Positions 61,373 through 64,000 of a DNA stretch of 64,000 nt are shown here, one piece after another; positions within the stretch are counted from its first letter, which is position 1; each line of letters opens with the position of its first letter. Position numbers and translations under genes: made by a program. Source of the stretch: Chiloscyllium plagiosum (lineage: Eukaryota); the NCBI RefSeq assembly GCF_004010195.1, contig NC_057718.1, forward strand, positions 83,028,215-83,092,214. Direction: 5' to 3'. The notes under the pieces were generated by a model, which made no database searches, was not told the DNA's origin, and worked only from the letters and a program-made list of their open reading frames with translations.

Positions 61373-63174
61373 TGATAAAGATCAAACTTGACCTGTTGTG
61401 TGGACTTGCCATTGCCAGCTTTGGTGCATAAGAAGGGACAGTTTACCTGTGCAATCCTGAGCAAACAGAGACTGTGTACCATCTATGCCAGGAAGATGTC
61501 CTTGTGTGCCAAAAGACTGAATGTTGCCAAGAAAGACTTTTGCAGTGGTCAACTGCATAAAAGGTTAACAGTTCATTTACAGAACAAGTCTAAATGGTCT
61601 TTACCATGTAAAACTGTTGTGTGCCAGTATGATTACATTTATACTATGGGCATCCCTGATAAGCCTTATCCTCTTTCAGATAGATCACGTAGTAAAAGAG
61701 ACAAAAGGGAGATGTTTCTAGAAACCCATAATAAAAGTTTGAGAGGATGAAGTAATTTGTTATGCCCTTACTTCAGTAAGAGACTCCCTGATCCCTTTTA
61801 TCCTTCCAAATCCTAACATGGGGGTATGGAATAGTACTAAAGTACTTACAGGACGTAATATCTTTTTTAGTTATTACCTATCCCCACCTGCTCCTTGTTT
61901 ATGGACTTCCTCCAATAAATCCGCAATATCCTATCCAAATTACTACAAGGGTAAGGAATGGGGGTGCGCTTATGTAAGATTGCCTAAATTTTTTTTTTCC
62001 CTGTGCTATGATTAAATGTGTTAGTCGTCACTACTTTTCTGAAGGACCTAGCATCTCAGTTGTATGCCTTAACAAAAAATGTATCCCTACTATCACTGGA
62101 ATTCAAACTCTATGTGGAGAGGGTAACAACACACACCTTCACTATGATACCCCTAATGGCACCAATATTTTCCCAGTTATTGGAGGGGAAGAATCATTTT
62201 GGGATGTTGACCATGTTTCTTATCAAGAAACTCACCTCATTAGTACTGGATGATTTTCACCCTCGGCACCCAGGGCCAAATTATGTAATCATGGATTATC
62301 CACATACCCCAGGAAGTCACAAAGGTAGGACTGCATCTTTTTGTGAAGGTCCCTCTATTGCCTATGCTAAACCTGGATATTATTCTTTTCAGTTATAATA
62401 AGGCAGCTAACTACCTTGTCCTGAATAGAGCAAGTAGTCCTCATGCCGTAGCTGTAGGAACACTATTTCCAACTCCTGTTCCCTGCCCAAGTACCTGGCA
62501 ACGAGATCATAATTCCCTTTTTAAACATAGAGTTTCTGCTGACTTCTGTGCAGAATGGAAGAATCCAAAGATCATATCAAGAAGTAAAACACATTCATTG
62601 GCAGATGCAGCGCTTAGTGTTCTTTCATTAGGAGAGTCCTTAAGAATTATTCGTCATCAAAACCCTAATTATCTCATTGGTGGACTCACCATTTTGGGAA
62701 ATGAGACAACTGCTGCCTTGATAGAAGTTAGAAATGCTCTCAGAATTGCGCCTATTTACCCAACAAAACCGATTACATACTTGCGAAGGAAGGTGGATTT
62801 TGCATGGTAATTAAAGGAAAATGCATTATGAGGGTCACTGATCTTTTCGAAAACATTACTAGACATATTGATAATATTCACACTTTTGTCAACTAAATGA
62901 ACAAAGGTGCGGGATGTGAAGATTGGGGTTTGGCTCATAGTACAACAGATTAATTAATATGTCTTTGTATCGTGCTATTGTTTTAATTGGTGTTTTTGTT
63001 GGTATTGCTATAGTTAAGGGTATTATTGCTAAAATATTAACTTCTATTGACAATATTGGTTCCAATCTGAAAATGCTTCTTCTTTACTCAAATAATGATG
63101 AGGAAACATCATTGGCTGCCCTTGATTCCTCTTCAGAGGAAGAAGAAGTATGGCAGTCTTTTGGATTGGATTAA
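61373..63174 (+). pseudogene. env: Retroviral envelope glycoprotein (SU-TM), frameshifted
   Basis: Cys-rich SU fragments with RSKRDKR (about 61690). Decayed cleavage site and fusion peptide RSKTH-SLADAALSVLSLG (about 62580). Heptad, then ISD QQN(R)..DYILAKEGGFCMVIKGKCI (62761-62830). Hydrophobic anchor AIVLIGVFVGIAIVKGII and acidic tail. Confidence 0.85.
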
Positions 63175-63223
63175 TTTGATCCATGCCTTTATGGTGTAGT
63201 CATACAATGACCAAAGGGGGGAA

Positions 63224-63864
63224 TGAGGATCTAAAATTTGAATTTAGACAACAAAAATATGTAGATTTTCATTATAACAAAATGGTTTCTCGATTTAAAA
63301 GAATACTATAAAATGGCCTGTGAACCATACTGCTGATTTGTAGAATTAAGCTGCAGTTCATAGATAAGAGGACAATAGTTTTCAAAAGGTGAATACTGAC
63401 ACATTAATTGACCATTTGAACGAACCTTGAACCAGTACATGGCATGACAATTTACGTAAATAAGATATCTCTTAGCATAAAATATCATTGGATTAGCCTG
63501 TCTTCAATCATGTCACCTTATTACGGTTGATTGGACCTTTCTTGATATTAAGAACCCTTTCCCAGGAAATATCATTGGATTAACTTACTGTAAACCATGT
63601 TATTATATGTGATTGGTCTTTCTTGTAATTTAGGAAGTACTATTTCTTTAAAAAAAATATAAATAATGTGTAACTTTCAAATGTAATTGCGCAACTTCAC
63701 CCCGGAACACGGAAGCTTCAATCTTTGTGTTGCTGGATAGAATTGTGTCAAGGTATCTTAATTCAATAAACTAATGAACCTTGCTTTTTGAATAGACCGC
63801 ATTTGTCAATTCCTTTGACCAATCTCGAACCAGGAGGCTCCTCTTGAGGGGACGCAGATCTTCA
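63224..63864 (+). repeat. ERV 3' LTR (641 bp)
   Basis: Starts TGAGGATCT directly after the PPT and ends AGATCTTCA (8/9 inverted repeat, TG..CA). TATA-like ATATAAAA at about 63657, AATAAA at 63765-63770, and four ATTGG (reverse CCAAT) boxes in U3. Confidence 0.88.
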
Positions 63865-64000
63865 GTTGAACATCAATCTGTGAAACCTTGCTTTATATGG
63901 CCATAATACATGGTAACAATGAGCTCCTGGTCAACCAGAACTGTGTGGTAGCAACAGCGAAACAGCTTGCCCATGTTAATAGACTTCATTGACAAGTTCT
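63865..64000 (+). repeat. Direct duplicate of 58063-58194 (continues beyond the window edge)
   Basis: GTTGAACATCAATCTGTGAAACCTTGCTTTATATG..GACTTCATTGACAAG occurs in both, with about 7 mismatches in about 132 bp by eye. Confidence 0.95.

Larger units (their letters stand above)
58548..63864 (+). mobile_element. Endogenous retrovirus (class I, gamma/epsilon-like), lacking the 5' LTR and recognisable RT
   Basis: RNase H motifs, env TM ISD and Cys motif, PPT AAAGGGGGGAA (63213-63223) and a 3' LTR. The 5' boundary is inferred. Confidence 0.8.

Noticed and set aside
61373..63174. env as a domesticated syncytin-like gene
   Set aside because: It has multiple frameshifts and stops, a deletion in the ISD and a decayed cleavage site, so it is not an intact ORF.

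Overview
This is a vertebrate genomic window made almost entirely of repeats. It is most likely from a cartilaginous fish such as a shark: it carries HE1-type V-SINEs with (TAATC)n tails, HER1/CR1 LINEs, a DeuSINE and Penelope elements. It has four assembly gaps and no convincingly supported host protein-coding gene. The long ORFs are decayed retroelement or transposon remnants. These include many CR1 copies, a Rex1/Babar LINE, a full-length minus-strand L1 (17858-23570) inserted into a Poseidon-type Penelope, and a head-to-head inverted Neptune-type Penelope with a 15-bp TSD (11417-15702). There are also several mini-Penelope inserts with minimal hammerhead-ribozyme motifs, an L1-Tx1 element (about 34550-39595), a Mag-like Gypsy LTR element (about 40537-46327), Harbinger remnants and Tigger-type MITEs. 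The right end holds a gamma/epsilon-like endogenous retrovirus (58548-63864) with a gag-like start, RNase H, env and one intact 3' LTR. It has no 5' LTR and no recognisable RT, and it is bracketed by a long host-sequence duplication that suggests one-ended aberrant integration. Element boundaries were read by eye and are approximate unless a TSD or TIR fixes them.
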